Below, in pieces: positions 9,833-19,863 of a stretch of 64,000 nucleotides of DNA. A model generated the notes under the pieces. It was given only the letters and a program-made list of their open reading frames with translations, had not been told where the DNA came from and made no database searches. Location of the stretch: NCBI GenBank assembly GCA_934479825.1, contig CAKSOW010000007.1, forward strand, positions 19,892 to 83,891, given 5' to 3'. Source of the stretch: an uncultured Eubacteriales bacterium (GTDB lineage Bacteria > Bacillota > Clostridia > Oscillospirales > CAG-382). Position numbers and translations under genes: made by a program. Numbering within the stretch: position 1 is the stretch's first letter; the number at the start of each line of letters is the position of its first letter.

Positions 9833-10906
9833 ATGTCCTCATTCAAGAGAATCCTTTCAGGGGTACTTACGCTTGCTTTGTGCCTTATGACGTTTGCCGG
9901 TTGTGCCGGTGACGCGAAAAACGCGGCTATTTCCATGGAAAACGGCGGCAGCGTGTCGGTTAGTTTTATGTATTTGCTTGCCTCAATTCAAAAAAATATG
10001 TATGCGGATGTTGCCGCGGCAAACGGCGGCAACTGGGATATGGTGGTCAATGAAGAAAAGGGGACGACGCTTTCCGATCTTCTGTATGAAGTGACCGTCA
10101 AGGCGGCGAGAAGCTCGCTGATTTGCGAATATCTGCACGATAAAGTCTGTAAGCTTGTGCTTACCGATGAACAAAAGCAGGTAATCGACAAACAGATGAC
10201 GGCTCTTGCCGAAAAAGCCGGTTCACAAAAAGCCTTGGAGGATGAACTTTCCAAGTACAGCGCCGACACAAAGACCATGCGCCGGTATTTGGAGCTCACC
10301 GTCAAGCAAGCCAATCTCTACAACTATTTTTATGGGGAAAACGGCATTTATGCCATCGATGAGTCTGCCATCAAGGCGGATTTCAAGGAAAACTACCATA
10401 TTGTCACACACATCTATTTCAATCTTGCCTCTAAAGTCAAAGAGGATGGCACGCTTGTGTCGCTTTCCGAAGAAGAAATCGCCGCGAAACGTGCGCTTGC
10501 AGAAGAAGTTTATAACCGCATTCTGGCCGGTGAGGATTTCTATACGCTGAAAGCCGAATACAGTGAGGACAGCTATGAGAGCGAATACTACCCCAACGGC
10601 TTTTTTGTCACAAACGACACGACTTTTCCGACAGAATTCACCTCGGCGGCCATAGAAATGAACGTCGGCGAATACCGTCTCACCGAAACCGGCGGCAGCG
10701 GCACGCCCGGACTTCATATTCTCTATAAGCTGCCCATGGACGAAAATCTGTATAACAGCGATAAAACGGTCTATAACAACATCAAAAGCAAGCTGATTTC
10801 GGCGGATTTTGATAAACGGCTTGCCGAATATACCGACAAAGTAAGCGTAAACGAAGAAAAAATGGCGCTTTTGAATGTGGCGATCGTGCCGGAATACACG
10901 TATTGA
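9833..10906 (+). CDS. lipoprotein, SurA/PrsA-like chaperone domain protein
   Basis: Lipobox LMTFAGC in MSSFKRILSGVLTLALCLMTFAGCAGD. It sits directly after mfd, where Firmicutes commonly encode PrsA/SurA-like proteins. No clear parvulin motif was recognised. Confidence 0.45.
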   Translation: MSSFKRILSGVLTLALCLMTFAGCAGDAKNAAISMENGGSVSVSFMYLLASIQKNMYADVAAANGGNWDMVVNEEKGTTLSDLLYEVTVKAARSSLICEYLHDKVCKLVLTDEQKQVIDKQMTALAEKAGSQKALEDELSKYSADTKTMRRYLELTVKQANLYNYFYGENGIYAIDESAIKADFKENYHIVTHIYFNLASKVKEDGTLVSLSEEEIAAKRALAEEVYNRILAGEDFYTLKAEYSEDSYESEYYPNGFFVTNDTTFPTEFTSAAIEMNVGEYRLTETGGSGTPGLHILYKLPMDENLYNSDKTVYNNIKSKLISADFDKRLAEYTDKVSVNEEKMALLNVAIVPEYTY

Positions 10907-10987
10907 CGGATACCGGTCAATCGGATAGAATTGAACCAATCGAAATAAAATCTGCTTGAAAAGACATGTGAAAGGGGACAGGCCGGA

Positions 10988-11554
10988 ATGAAAAGAATAA
11001 GAGAGAGTTTTGCCTCTTCCCGAGTCAGGGAACGCGTCTTTTTCAGCGTGCTGTTTTTGCTTGTTTTTTTGGCGTCTGCGTCGATTTTTCCCTATACCGG
11101 CTACACGGACAAGGAGAATATACGCACTGTGCCGGATGTTTTGCTTGCACTTTGCTTAGTAAGCGGAATTCTGGACGATGACCGGCATTATATCTCGCTG
11201 CTCGCGCTTATTTTCGGAGCGTTGTCCGACTTTTTCCTGACGCCGCCGACACATCTGTCGCCGATCCTCTTTTTCTTGGGCGCCTATTTTTCGTCGGTGA
11301 CGGTGAATGCGTTTACCTCGGTCAATGTACTTACGGCGACGGTTGCGTCACTGCCGTTTTGGTTAGCGCGCAGTGTCACAGGGGGACTTTTTCTTCTTTC
11401 GGAGGCAAAAGGCGCGGATTTCGGTTATGTGGTAAAGAAAATTTTAGTCCCGGAGCTTTGTGTCAATGTATTGGCAACGTTTCTTGTGTATTTGGCGGTT
11501 AGCTTTGTTTACAAAAAATGGATACGGCGCAAAGGCTATGAAGTTCGGTATTAG
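10988..11554 (+). CDS. polytopic membrane protein of unknown function
   Basis: 188-aa ORF with about 5 hydrophobic helices and an RBS (GAAAGGGGA). No diagnostic motif was seen. Confidence 0.4.
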   Translation: MKRIRESFASSRVRERVFFSVLFLLVFLASASIFPYTGYTDKENIRTVPDVLLALCLVSGILDDDRHYISLLALIFGALSDFFLTPPTHLSPILFFLGAYFSSVTVNAFTSVNVLTATVASLPFWLARSVTGGLFLLSEAKGADFGYVVKKILVPELCVNVLATFLVYLAVSFVYKKWIRRKGYEVRY

Positions 11555-11604
11555 ATCTGTCTGTGTGACGGATAGGATATAATAAATATTTCGGAGAGAG
11601 AAAC

Positions 11605-12855
11605 ATGACAAAAAAACGGAATGCCGTTATCGGACAGTCGGGAGGCCCGACTGCCGCGATCAACGCGACGTTGGCCGGTGTGATTGCAGGGTGTCTTGCA
11701 AAAGGAGATCACATTGACCGGATTTACGGAATGCGTCACGGTATTGAAGGCTTTATGAAAGAGGAACTTGTCGAATTAAATGACCGGTTTGCAGAAAATA
11801 CCGAGGAGTGTCTGCGGCTTCTGTCGCTGACGCCGGCGGCCTTGCTTGGTTCGTGCCGTGTCAAGCTCAAAGAGGAAGAACAGTTTGAGCGCATTTTTTC
11901 GGTTCTTGAAAAATACGAAATCGGCTACTTTTTCTATATCGGCGGCAACGACAGCATGGATGCGGTGGCGAAATTGGAGAACTACCGCGATAAACACCCC
12001 TCATTAAACCCAATCGGCACGCGCTTTATCGGCGTACCCAAAACGATTGATAACGACTTATGCCTTACCGACCATACGCCGGGTTTCGGCTCGGCCGCTA
12101 AGTTCATTGCGTCCAGCCTTGCGGAAATCGCACGCGACTGCGCGGTATACCGTCAGAAAGCTGTCACGGTGGTGGAACTCATGGGACGCGACGCAGGATG
12201 GTTGACGGCGTCGGCCGCTCTCACCAAGGAAATTGCCGGCATCGGCGCGGATCTTATCTATCTGCCGGAAGTTCCGTTTGATGTGGAACGCTTTTTGAGC
12301 GATGTCATGAATCAGTTGAATGTTCCCGGTAAGAATTTTGTTCTTGTGGCGGTTTCCGAAGGAATCCGGAACAAGGATGGCGAATATGTGGCGCGCGCGG
12401 CTATGAGCGGCGTGGTGGACAATTTCGGGCATGCCTATCTTTCCGGAACGGGCAAATATCTGGAAAATCTGATACGCGACGAGATCGGCTGCAAATGCCG
12501 TTCGGTAGAACTAAGCGTATTGCAGAGATGCGCGTCGCATCTGGCCTCCAAGACCGATATCGACGAGTCCTTTGCGATCGGACGCGCGGCGGCTGATACG
12601 GCGGTTTCCGGAAAGACCGGCCGCATGATGGCGTTTGAACGCAAAAATTTGGATTATGCCGCGCCCTATGAGATTGCCGTGACCGATGTGGACGTAAACG
12701 CTTCGGCCAACCGCGTCAAAGCCGTTCCGGCCGAATTCATTGCGGCTGACGGCAAAGGCGTTACACGCGCTTGTATCCGGTATCTGTTACCGCTTATTAA
12801 GGGAGAATGCGAAACGGTCTACTGCCGCGGAATTCCCCGGCACTTCACTCTGTGA
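11605..12855 (+). CDS. pfk: 6-phosphofructokinase family protein (long, about 415-aa clade; ATP versus PPi specificity unresolved)
   Basis: N-terminus AVIGQSGGPTAAINATLAGVI, plus the IGGNDSM and GVPKTIDNDL motifs of the PFK family. Confidence 0.85.
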   Translation: MTKKRNAVIGQSGGPTAAINATLAGVIAGCLAKGDHIDRIYGMRHGIEGFMKEELVELNDRFAENTEECLRLLSLTPAALLGSCRVKLKEEEQFERIFSVLEKYEIGYFFYIGGNDSMDAVAKLENYRDKHPSLNPIGTRFIGVPKTIDNDLCLTDHTPGFGSAAKFIASSLAEIARDCAVYRQKAVTVVELMGRDAGWLTASAALTKEIAGIGADLIYLPEVPFDVERFLSDVMNQLNVPGKNFVLVAVSEGIRNKDGEYVARAAMSGVVDNFGHAYLSGTGKYLENLIRDEIGCKCRSVELSVLQRCASHLASKTDIDESFAIGRAAADTAVSGKTGRMMAFERKNLDYAAPYEIAVTDVDVNASANRVKAVPAEFIAADGKGVTRACIRYLLPLIKGECETVYCRGIPRHFTL

Positions 12856-12927
12856 TTTTTATTTAGGCAATATGTATAGTTTTTATGGGACGTATTTGGA
12901 AAGATTCCACAAAAAAATAGTTGGTTC

Positions 12928-12956
12928 TTGACATCTGTACTTCCTTGGTGTAAAAT
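12928..12956 (+). promoter_or_regulatory. sigma-A-type promoter (TTGACA-17 nt-TAAAAT)
   Basis: Hexamers at 12928-12933 and 12951-12956 with a TG just upstream of the -10 element. Confidence 0.55.
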
Positions 12957-13036
12957 ATAAGATATCGACAGTATACCTATATGTGAGAAGTTTATTTTTT
13001 TGCATATAACTTAATTCAGAGAGGAACCGTAAGCAC

Positions 13037-15031
13037 ATGAAATCAAAGAGAGTATTAGCCTTTCTGCTCGCCGCCGTTATGGTCTTTACCGCTTTTGCGG
13101 CAACCGGCTGTTCCAAAAAGGGCAATAACGACGAGAGTGAAAAAAGCGGCATTGTCGCGCTCAATATGTTCATTCTGACTGAGGATGAAACGAGTCCGTC
13201 GGCCGCGCGCGAAGTGCAGATGGCAATTAACGAAATCACCGTCCCGAAATATAAAATCCTCGTAAAGATCAATTACTTAAAAGCCGATGAATACTGGGAT
13301 GCTGTTGACGCCGCCGAAGATGCGACAATCAACTATGTATCCGACGAGATTGCACAGCTTGAAGAGGCCGGTGTTGACCTTTCGGCAGCCGCCGGGGAGC
13401 AGGCCGCAACTGACGCTGCCGCAACCGATGACAATGCGGCAACTGGAGCGGACAGCGCTCTTTCCGAAGCGGATAAGGCTCTTGCGGAATTGAATAGAAA
13501 TAATTCAGTCAAGGACATTTCGGAAATGTCCTTCAATGAAGCAATCGACTATGTGTTCGACATTGACGATATCGAGCTTCCCGAACCGCAGATCGACGTA
13601 TTTGTCGTAGACGACTACGATAAGTTCTTACAGCTTGCCGATGACGGACGTTTGGCTGATATTGATATCAAATACGACCGCAAAGTGCTCACCAAATACA
13701 TACATCCCACGATTTTGTCCACGACTTCTATCGACGGCAAAACCTATGGCGTTCCGGTTAACTTCAAGATGAACGGCAAGTATGAATTTCTGGTATTCAA
13801 CAAGAATCTTCTTGACAAGTATAACTATACGGTTCACGATCTGCGCAAGATCGAGGATATGGGACCGTACCTTTCGCTTATCAAAAACAACGAACCGGGG
13901 TATTATCCGATCTCCGATCTGCCTGAAATGTCCGGCGCGGAAATCTACGACGGCATTCTGTTCTCGCTTTCACAGCTTACGCAGATTTCTACGTCCAGCT
14001 ATCCTGTCTATTTGAATAACTCCGCCTATGCGGACTACCTCAAAAAGACTGCTTCCTATCGTCAGAATGGCTACGTTGCCGCGGCAAACGGCGTGAAAAA
14101 CGCAAAATATGCGATTGAATACGTAACCGCCGATCACCTCATCGACCGCGAATGGACCGATGAGAACGGCACAACCTATCAGGCTTACCTGTATGACATT
14201 CCGCGCGTTACCGCCAAGGATGCGTTCAAGTCGGCTATGTGTGTCAGCGCTTACTCGATTCATAAGAGCAAGGCGGCGGAACTGATTGAACTGTTCAATA
14301 CCGATTCCGAGCTTGCCAATATGCTTCAATACGGCATTAGCGGCAAACATTACCGCGAAGAAAACGGCATTGTAAGCTATATCGATACCGATGCGGAAAA
14401 CGTTTACCGCATGGATAACTTTATCACCGGAAACACCTATATCAAATATGCAACGGAAGACAACGCCGATTATGTCGAGCAGGCTAAGGCGACCAACCTT
14501 TCCACCGCCCCCAGCGCTTATTTCGGCTTTAATCTGAAATTTGACGACGTCGCTTCGCAGTCGATCTACGAATGCGTCAAGACGTTCTCCACCGAAGCGC
14601 TTGACCGTGTTCAGAAAGGCGAAATGACAGTTGACGAGGTCTTTAATATTGCCGGCCGTGAGTTGAATGCTCTCGGTGCTCAATGGGATTCCAGCGGTTC
14701 GACTCTGTTGGGTGTGTTTGGTAAACTTGCATCGCAGCAAAAGACTTCTGCCGAAAAGAACACTTCGTATTTTGTGATTTCCGATGAAGCGGCTAATTAC
14801 AACAACGTTTATAAGTCGGCTGAGGAAATCGCCGAAGAAAAAGCGGCCGAAGAACAGGCAAAAGCCGATGAAGCCGCCGCAAAAGAAGCCCAAGAAGAAG
14901 CGGCGCTCGACGCGGAAATTGCGGCAGAAAATGCAGCAAATGAAAATACCGGAGACGGCGAAAACACCGACGGCGCAAACGCTGATACCGTAACAGAGCC
15001 GGAAACGCCGTCCGATGACGCACAAAACTAA
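13037..15031 (+). CDS. large lipoprotein, extracellular solute-binding-protein-like, with an acidic A/E-rich C-terminal tail
   Basis: Lipobox FAATGC. General resemblance to the large family-1 sugar-binding lipoproteins of Clostridia. No adjacent permease genes. The low-complexity tail is AEEKAAEEQAKADEAAAKEAQEEAA. Confidence 0.55.
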   Translation: MKSKRVLAFLLAAVMVFTAFAATGCSKKGNNDESEKSGIVALNMFILTEDETSPSAAREVQMAINEITVPKYKILVKINYLKADEYWDAVDAAEDATINYVSDEIAQLEEAGVDLSAAAGEQAATDAAATDDNAATGADSALSEADKALAELNRNNSVKDISEMSFNEAIDYVFDIDDIELPEPQIDVFVVDDYDKFLQLADDGRLADIDIKYDRKVLTKYIHPTILSTTSIDGKTYGVPVNFKMNGKYEFLVFNKNLLDKYNYTVHDLRKIEDMGPYLSLIKNNEPGYYPISDLPEMSGAEIYDGILFSLSQLTQISTSSYPVYLNNSAYADYLKKTASYRQNGYVAAANGVKNAKYAIEYVTADHLIDREWTDENGTTYQAYLYDIPRVTAKDAFKSAMCVSAYSIHKSKAAELIELFNTDSELANMLQYGISGKHYREENGIVSYIDTDAENVYRMDNFITGNTYIKYATEDNADYVEQAKATNLSTAPSAYFGFNLKFDDVASQSIYECVKTFSTEALDRVQKGEMTVDEVFNIAGRELNALGAQWDSSGSTLLGVFGKLASQQKTSAEKNTSYFVISDEAANYNNVYKSAEEIAEEKAAEEQAKADEAAAKEAQEEAALDAEIAAENAANENTGDGENTDGANADTVTEPETPSDDAQN

Positions 15032-15049
15032 ATAAATATACCGAAACAG

Positions 15050-15089
15050 GAAATCCCTTTTCATACCAATGAAAAGGGATTTCTTTTTT
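15050..15089 (+). terminator. rho-independent terminator
   Basis: 13-bp stem GAAATCCCTTTTC/GAAAAGGGATTTC followed by TTTTTT. Confidence 0.85.
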
Positions 15090-15099
15090 CTGCTTTTGC

Positions 15100-15128
15100 T
15101 TGACTTGTGAGCAAAAATCTGCTACAAT
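15100..15128 (+). promoter_or_regulatory. dnaA promoter (TTGACT-17 nt-TACAAT)
   Basis: Near-consensus hexamers at 15100-15105 and 15123-15128. Confidence 0.6.
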
Positions 15129-15241
15129 ATAATGTACGGATATTATATCGGGCCGTCGTAGCGGCCAGTGCGGCTCGTTTGGAATAGTCAGGCGTGGCAT
15201 TTATGCCGGAAAAAATACAAAAACCGAAAGGAAACAGGCAA

Positions 15242-16681
15242 ATGAACGAAAAAGATATATGGAATCTTGTGCTTACCGGATTAAAGGAAAATCATAATTT
15301 GTCAGAGATGACCGTGAATCTTTGGTTTGACAGCATGTCCATGGAAAAGCTGACGCCGTCTACCGCCTATTTCCGCACGGATAACGATTTGAAAAAGCAA
15401 ATTATTGAATCCAAGTATGCCGATATTCTGAAAGAAGAACTGAAACACGTTTTGGGATTTGATGTGGAAATCGTTCTTGTGTCTACCGAGCATGGGTCGT
15501 TCGAGAGCCAGTTGAATGCCTTGCAGAACCGCTTGCGCTCCGAGCAGTTGGAGGAAGTCACCGAAAAACTCGATGCCGAGGATGCTGTCGGAATGCGTCA
15601 GACGGCGGCGCACTTCGGAAAGGATTCATCGGGAATCATGGTCTCCTCATCGCTTTTGCCGGAATATTCGCCGGAATACACTTTTGAAAACTTCGTCGTT
15701 GGACGTTCCAACGACCTTGCCTATAAAATGGCGTGGTCGGTTGCCAATCAACCGGCCGTTGTGGCAAATCCCTTATATCTGTACGGTTCGCCGGGACTCG
15801 GAAAAACGCATTTGCTGTATGCCATTACGCACTTGTTGAATCAGAATCATCCGGAATTCAAGATTATTTACGCCAAAGGCGAAGATTTCACCAATGAGCT
15901 GATTGAATCGCTGTCCAATAAAACGCCGATTCTGTTCCGTGAAAAATACCGCAGTGCCGATGTGCTTCTCATCGACGATATCCAGTTTATTGCCGGTAAG
16001 GAAACCATACAGGAAGAATTTTTCCATACCTATGAGGCGCTCTTTGAGGCAGGCAAGCAGATCATCGTTACCTCCGACCGTTTGCCCAAGGATATCAAAA
16101 CCCTTGCCAGCCGTCTGCTTTCGCGCTTTGAACACGGAATCATCGTCGATATCCAACCGCCGGACTTGGAGCTTCGCGTGGCGATCTTCAAACGCAAGGC
16201 GGAGGCGCTTGGCATGAATGTGCCGAACGACGTTTTAATGTACTTAGGCGAAAACATCAAGGACAATATCCGTCAGATCGAGGGAGCGCTCAAAAAAATG
16301 CGTGCGCTTGCCTTTATCCAAGGCACGGATATCTGCATGGAGCACGCCAAAACCGCCGTTGCCGATATTTTAACTGCCAAGGCTTCGGCTGTCACTCCGG
16401 AAAAGATCCTGACGTTTGTGTCCCAGAAATACGGCATTCCGACCGAGGACATCATCGGAAAACGGAAAACCGACGCCATTGCTTCGGCAAGACAAGTGGC
16501 CATTTACTTACTCCGCGAGTTAACCGATATGTCCTTTGCCAACATCGGAAAGGTCTTTAACCGCGATCATTCCACGGTGGTCGCGTCGGTCAACAAGGTC
16601 AAGGACCGCATGAAAGAAGATTCCAGTTTTGAAGCGCAGATCGACGATATGATGAAAGATGTGCGCGCTGCCGGCTATTAA
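15242..16681 (+). CDS. dnaA: chromosomal replication initiator protein DnaA
   Basis: Walker A GSPGLGKTHLL, AAA+ sensor motifs, and a domain IV helix-turn-helix (RQVAIYLLRELTDMSFANIGKVFNRDHSTVVAS). Start set at MNEKDIWN (ATG at 15242) after AAAGGAAACAGG. Confidence 0.95.
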   Translation: MNEKDIWNLVLTGLKENHNLSEMTVNLWFDSMSMEKLTPSTAYFRTDNDLKKQIIESKYADILKEELKHVLGFDVEIVLVSTEHGSFESQLNALQNRLRSEQLEEVTEKLDAEDAVGMRQTAAHFGKDSSGIMVSSSLLPEYSPEYTFENFVVGRSNDLAYKMAWSVANQPAVVANPLYLYGSPGLGKTHLLYAITHLLNQNHPEFKIIYAKGEDFTNELIESLSNKTPILFREKYRSADVLLIDDIQFIAGKETIQEEFFHTYEALFEAGKQIIVTSDRLPKDIKTLASRLLSRFEHGIIVDIQPPDLELRVAIFKRKAEALGMNVPNDVLMYLGENIKDNIRQIEGALKKMRALAFIQGTDICMEHAKTAVADILTAKASAVTPEKILTFVSQKYGIPTEDIIGKRKTDAIASARQVAIYLLRELTDMSFANIGKVFNRDHSTVVASVNKVKDRMKEDSSFEAQIDDMMKDVRAAGY

Positions 16682-16697
16682 GCCATCAGGAGAAACT

Positions 16698-18773
16698 TTG
16701 AAGTATTTACCGAAACTTGGCACAAAGCCGTTACCCATGTCGCCCGAAGAATTGCCCGAAGGAACGGTTGTCGATTTTGTTTTTGTGACCGGCGACGCGT
16801 ATGTCGATCACCCCAGCTTTGTTACGGCCATTATCGGACGGGTTTTGGAGGACGCCGGCTATACGGTCGGTATTATCGCCCAACCCGACTATAAAAACCG
16901 CTACAAGGACGGCAGCGGAAAGGGCGTTTGCGTGTTCGGCAGACCAAGACTTGGTTTTATGGTCTGTTCGGGAAACATGGATTCCATGGTGGCGCATTAT
17001 ACGGCCTCCAAAAAGCGCCGCAGTGAAGATTATTATTCGCCCGAAATGAAAATTGGCTTGCGTCCCGATCGCGCCGTCATTGTCTATTGCAACCGGATCC
17101 GCGAGGCTTATGGCGATGTTCCGATCTTAATCGGCGGCGTGGAAGCGTCGCTTCGCCGGTTTGCCCATTACGATTATTGGGACGATAAGGTGCGCCGCAG
17201 TATCTTGATCGATTCCGGTGCAGATATCCTGCTTTACGGTATGGGAGAATACAACACGCCGGCTGTTGCCAAAATGTTGGATAAAGGCGTGCCGGTAAAA
17301 AAGATACGAGGAATACGCGGAACGGTTTTTGCCGCCGAACCGGATTATAAGCCGGAATTTGACTATGTCGATACCTATAAATACGACGAACTGAAAACCG
17401 ACAAGGAAAAGTACGCGCGTGCGTTCAAAATTCAATACAATAACCAAAGCCCGGTGGACGGAAAGGCAATCGTGGAGTATTACGACGGAAAAAAAGTCGT
17501 GCAGAATCCACCGCCGCCGCTATTGACCCGGGAGGATATGGACAAGGTCTATGCCTTGCCGTATACGCGCACCTGGCATCCGAGCTACGATAAGTACGGC
17601 GGCATTGCCGCGCTTTCTGAGGTCGGTTTTTCCATCACGCATAACCGCGGTTGTTTCGGCGGCTGTGCTTTTTGCTCGATTGCCTTCCATCAAGGACGAA
17701 ATGTTGTTTCGCGCAGTATCGAATCGGTGGTGGAAGAAGCAAAGCTTTTAACGACACTGCCCGGTTTCAAAGGCTATATTCACGATGTGGGCGGACCGAC
17801 CGCCAATTTCCGCTATGGACCGTGCCAAGCCGTTCGCGACGGCAAAAAGGGAATCTGTAAGGAGCGCCGTTGTCTGGCGCCAAAGCCCTGCAAGAATCTC
17901 ATCTGCGACCAAAGCGAATACGTGGAGCTTTTGGAAAAAGTGGCGGCTGTGCCGAAAATCAAGAAAGTGTTCGTGCGGAGCGGTGTGCGCTTCGACTATG
18001 CCGTTTACGATAAAGATGAAACTTTTATCGATGTTCTTGCCAAAAAGCATGTCAGCGGCCAGTTGAAAACCGCCCCGGAGCATATTTCCAACAACGTGCT
18101 TCGCTATATGGGAAAACCCGAAATTTCGGTTTACGAAAAATTCTGTGATAAGTATTTTGCCGCCTGCAAGCGTGCCGGTCTTGAACAGTATATCGTGCCG
18201 TATCTCATGTCCTCTCATCCGGGAAGTACGTTAGACGACGCGATTGACCTTGCGCTGTATCTGAAAAAGCACAAGATCCGTCCCGAACAGGTGCAGGACT
18301 TTTATCCGACGCCGGGAACCGCGGCGACAACTATGTATTATACCGGTTTGGATCCGTTTACCTTGCTTCCGGTGAAAGTGACGCGCGACTACGAGGAAAA
18401 ACGTATGCAGCGCGCGCTGCTGCAATCCACACGCCCGGAAAATGCAGAACTTGTCCGAAAAGCCATTATGCTTTCGGGACGGGAAGATGCCTGGCAGTTG
18501 TTGGGACACAGGCCGGATTTTCGTCAGAAGGACACAGGAAAAGCGAATGCCGCAAAAAATATGGGAAAAAGAGACGGGAAAAATTCCGGCAGGAATCTCG
18601 GAAAAAATTCTGAAAAGAATGCCGGCAGAAACGGAAAACCGTATGACGGCAGGGATCGCTATGAAACCGGGAAAAAGTCCGGCGCAAACGCACAAAAAAG
18701 CGGCGGCACCAAACGTACCGCCGGCCAAAAGAACCCGGCAAATCCCCAAGATTTCCGCAAAGGGAAACATTAA
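16698..18773 (+). CDS. ygiQ: YgiQ (UPF0313) family radical SAM protein with a basic K/G/N-rich C-terminal tail
   Basis: VFVTGDAYVDHPSF N-terminal signature, a CxxxCxxC-type cluster motif (GCFGGCAFCSI), and family length. The start is uncertain: TTG at 16698 after AGGAGA, or ATG at 16737. The track start at 16659 would overlap dnaA. Confidence 0.8.
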   Translation: MKYLPKLGTKPLPMSPEELPEGTVVDFVFVTGDAYVDHPSFVTAIIGRVLEDAGYTVGIIAQPDYKNRYKDGSGKGVCVFGRPRLGFMVCSGNMDSMVAHYTASKKRRSEDYYSPEMKIGLRPDRAVIVYCNRIREAYGDVPILIGGVEASLRRFAHYDYWDDKVRRSILIDSGADILLYGMGEYNTPAVAKMLDKGVPVKKIRGIRGTVFAAEPDYKPEFDYVDTYKYDELKTDKEKYARAFKIQYNNQSPVDGKAIVEYYDGKKVVQNPPPPLLTREDMDKVYALPYTRTWHPSYDKYGGIAALSEVGFSITHNRGCFGGCAFCSIAFHQGRNVVSRSIESVVEEAKLLTTLPGFKGYIHDVGGPTANFRYGPCQAVRDGKKGICKERRCLAPKPCKNLICDQSEYVELLEKVAAVPKIKKVFVRSGVRFDYAVYDKDETFIDVLAKKHVSGQLKTAPEHISNNVLRYMGKPEISVYEKFCDKYFAACKRAGLEQYIVPYLMSSHPGSTLDDAIDLALYLKKHKIRPEQVQDFYPTPGTAATTMYYTGLDPFTLLPVKVTRDYEEKRMQRALLQSTRPENAELVRKAIMLSGREDAWQLLGHRPDFRQKDTGKANAAKNMGKRDGKNSGRNLGKNSEKNAGRNGKPYDGRDRYETGKKSGANAQKSGGTKRTAGQKNPANPQDFRKGKH

Positions 18774-18792
18774 GATTCCGGATTCTCTTTGG

Positions 18793-19011
18793 TTAAATCT
18801 TGTCTTCGCCGTCCGTAATGATGTTGCGTTCGCGGAAAAGAAGCGAAATGCACCACAGTCCGGCAAGACCCACTAACACATATATAATGCGGCTGATGAC
18901 GCCTCCCTGGCCGCCGAACAGCCATGCGACGCAGTCAAACTGAAACAGTCCGATGCTGCCCCAGTTGAGCGCACCGATAATCGTTAAGATTAGCGCAATT
19001 CTGTCAAGCAT
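18793..19011 (-). CDS. DUF378 (YuzA-like) small membrane protein
   Basis: LDRIALILTIIGALNWGSIGLFQFDCVAWLFGG is the DUF378 signature. The ATG at 19011 is preceded by AAAGGAGAT. Confidence 0.8.
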   Translation of the reverse strand: MLDRIALILTIIGALNWGSIGLFQFDCVAWLFGGQGGVISRIIYVLVGLAGLWCISLLFRERNIITDGEDKI

Positions 19012-19161
19012 TGGTTTTATCTCCTTTAACAGCTCTTTTAAAATAGGCAAAATGAGTTTTTCATTCTCATTTTGCTTACAGTATACCCGACTGTTTGTTT
19101 TTTATGCACGCTGTGACGCTAAAAAACAAATAAATGGAAACCCGAAAGGAAAATACCTTTT

Positions 19162-19863
19162 ATGCGAATGAGAAAAAAGAAAAACGGCTCAAAGCGTATG
19201 CTTGCCTGCGCGGATATCCATATCACCGAGCCGACGGCTTTCAAAGGCAAATGGCGCACGCTTGCCGGCGAAAAGGCTTTGTATGCCGAAATCGGCTGCG
19301 GCAAAGGCGGTTTTATTACCGAGCTGGCACGCCGTCATCCGGAAAATTTCTATGTCGGCTTTGAAAAAGTGCCGGATGTTATCGTCATGGCCATGGAAAA
19401 GATCAAACAGGCAGAACTTTCCAATGTCGTGTTTGTCTGCGGCGACGCAGAGGCTTTGACCGATATTTTTGAAGAGAGCGAATTGGACGGACTGTATCTC
19501 AACTTTTCCGACCCATGGCCGAAGAAAAAGCATGCTAAGCGCCGGCTTACCTACATCCGTTTTCTCGAAAAGTATCGCACGGTTCTGAAAGACGGCGGAA
19601 AAATCTTCTTTAAAACCGATAACCGTCCGTTATTTGATTTTTCCCTTGAACAGTTCAACTTGGCGCATATTCCGCTTTCCGACGTTACAAACGATTTGCA
19701 TAACAGCGTCTATGAAGCGGATAATATCCATACCGAATACGAGGACAATTTTTCCGCCAAGGGCTTTTCCATTAACCGCCTTGTCGGAACAGTCGATAAG
19801 TCGCTGATACCGGAGGGGGAGCCGGAAAGCGAAGAAACGACAAACGAAAAAAGCGAGGCATGA
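19162..19863 (+). CDS. trmB: tRNA (guanine-N7)-methyltransferase
   Basis: MRMRKKKN... N-terminus, SAM motif EIGCGKGGF, and NFSDPWPKKKHAKRR. Confidence 0.9.
   Translation: MRMRKKKNGSKRMLACADIHITEPTAFKGKWRTLAGEKALYAEIGCGKGGFITELARRHPENFYVGFEKVPDVIVMAMEKIKQAELSNVVFVCGDAEALTDIFEESELDGLYLNFSDPWPKKKHAKRRLTYIRFLEKYRTVLKDGGKIFFKTDNRPLFDFSLEQFNLAHIPLSDVTNDLHNSVYEADNIHTEYEDNFSAKGFSINRLVGTVDKSLIPEGEPESEETTNEKSEA

Noticed and set aside
13970-15064. 364-aa minus-strand ORF, with similar shadows at 10223-10939, 30338-30988, 28769-29566 and 59745-60341
   Set aside because: Each lies fully inside, and antisense to, a better-supported gene with signal peptides or diagnostic motifs. Their translations are compositionally odd and lack starts with an RBS.
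16659-16737. The track start (ATG at 16659) for the ygiQ ORF
   Set aside because: It would overlap the last 23 nt of dnaA and add residues not seen in YgiQ N-termini. A TTG at 16698 after AGGAGA, or the ATG at 16737 just before the conserved PEEL...VFVTGDAYVDHPSF, fits better.
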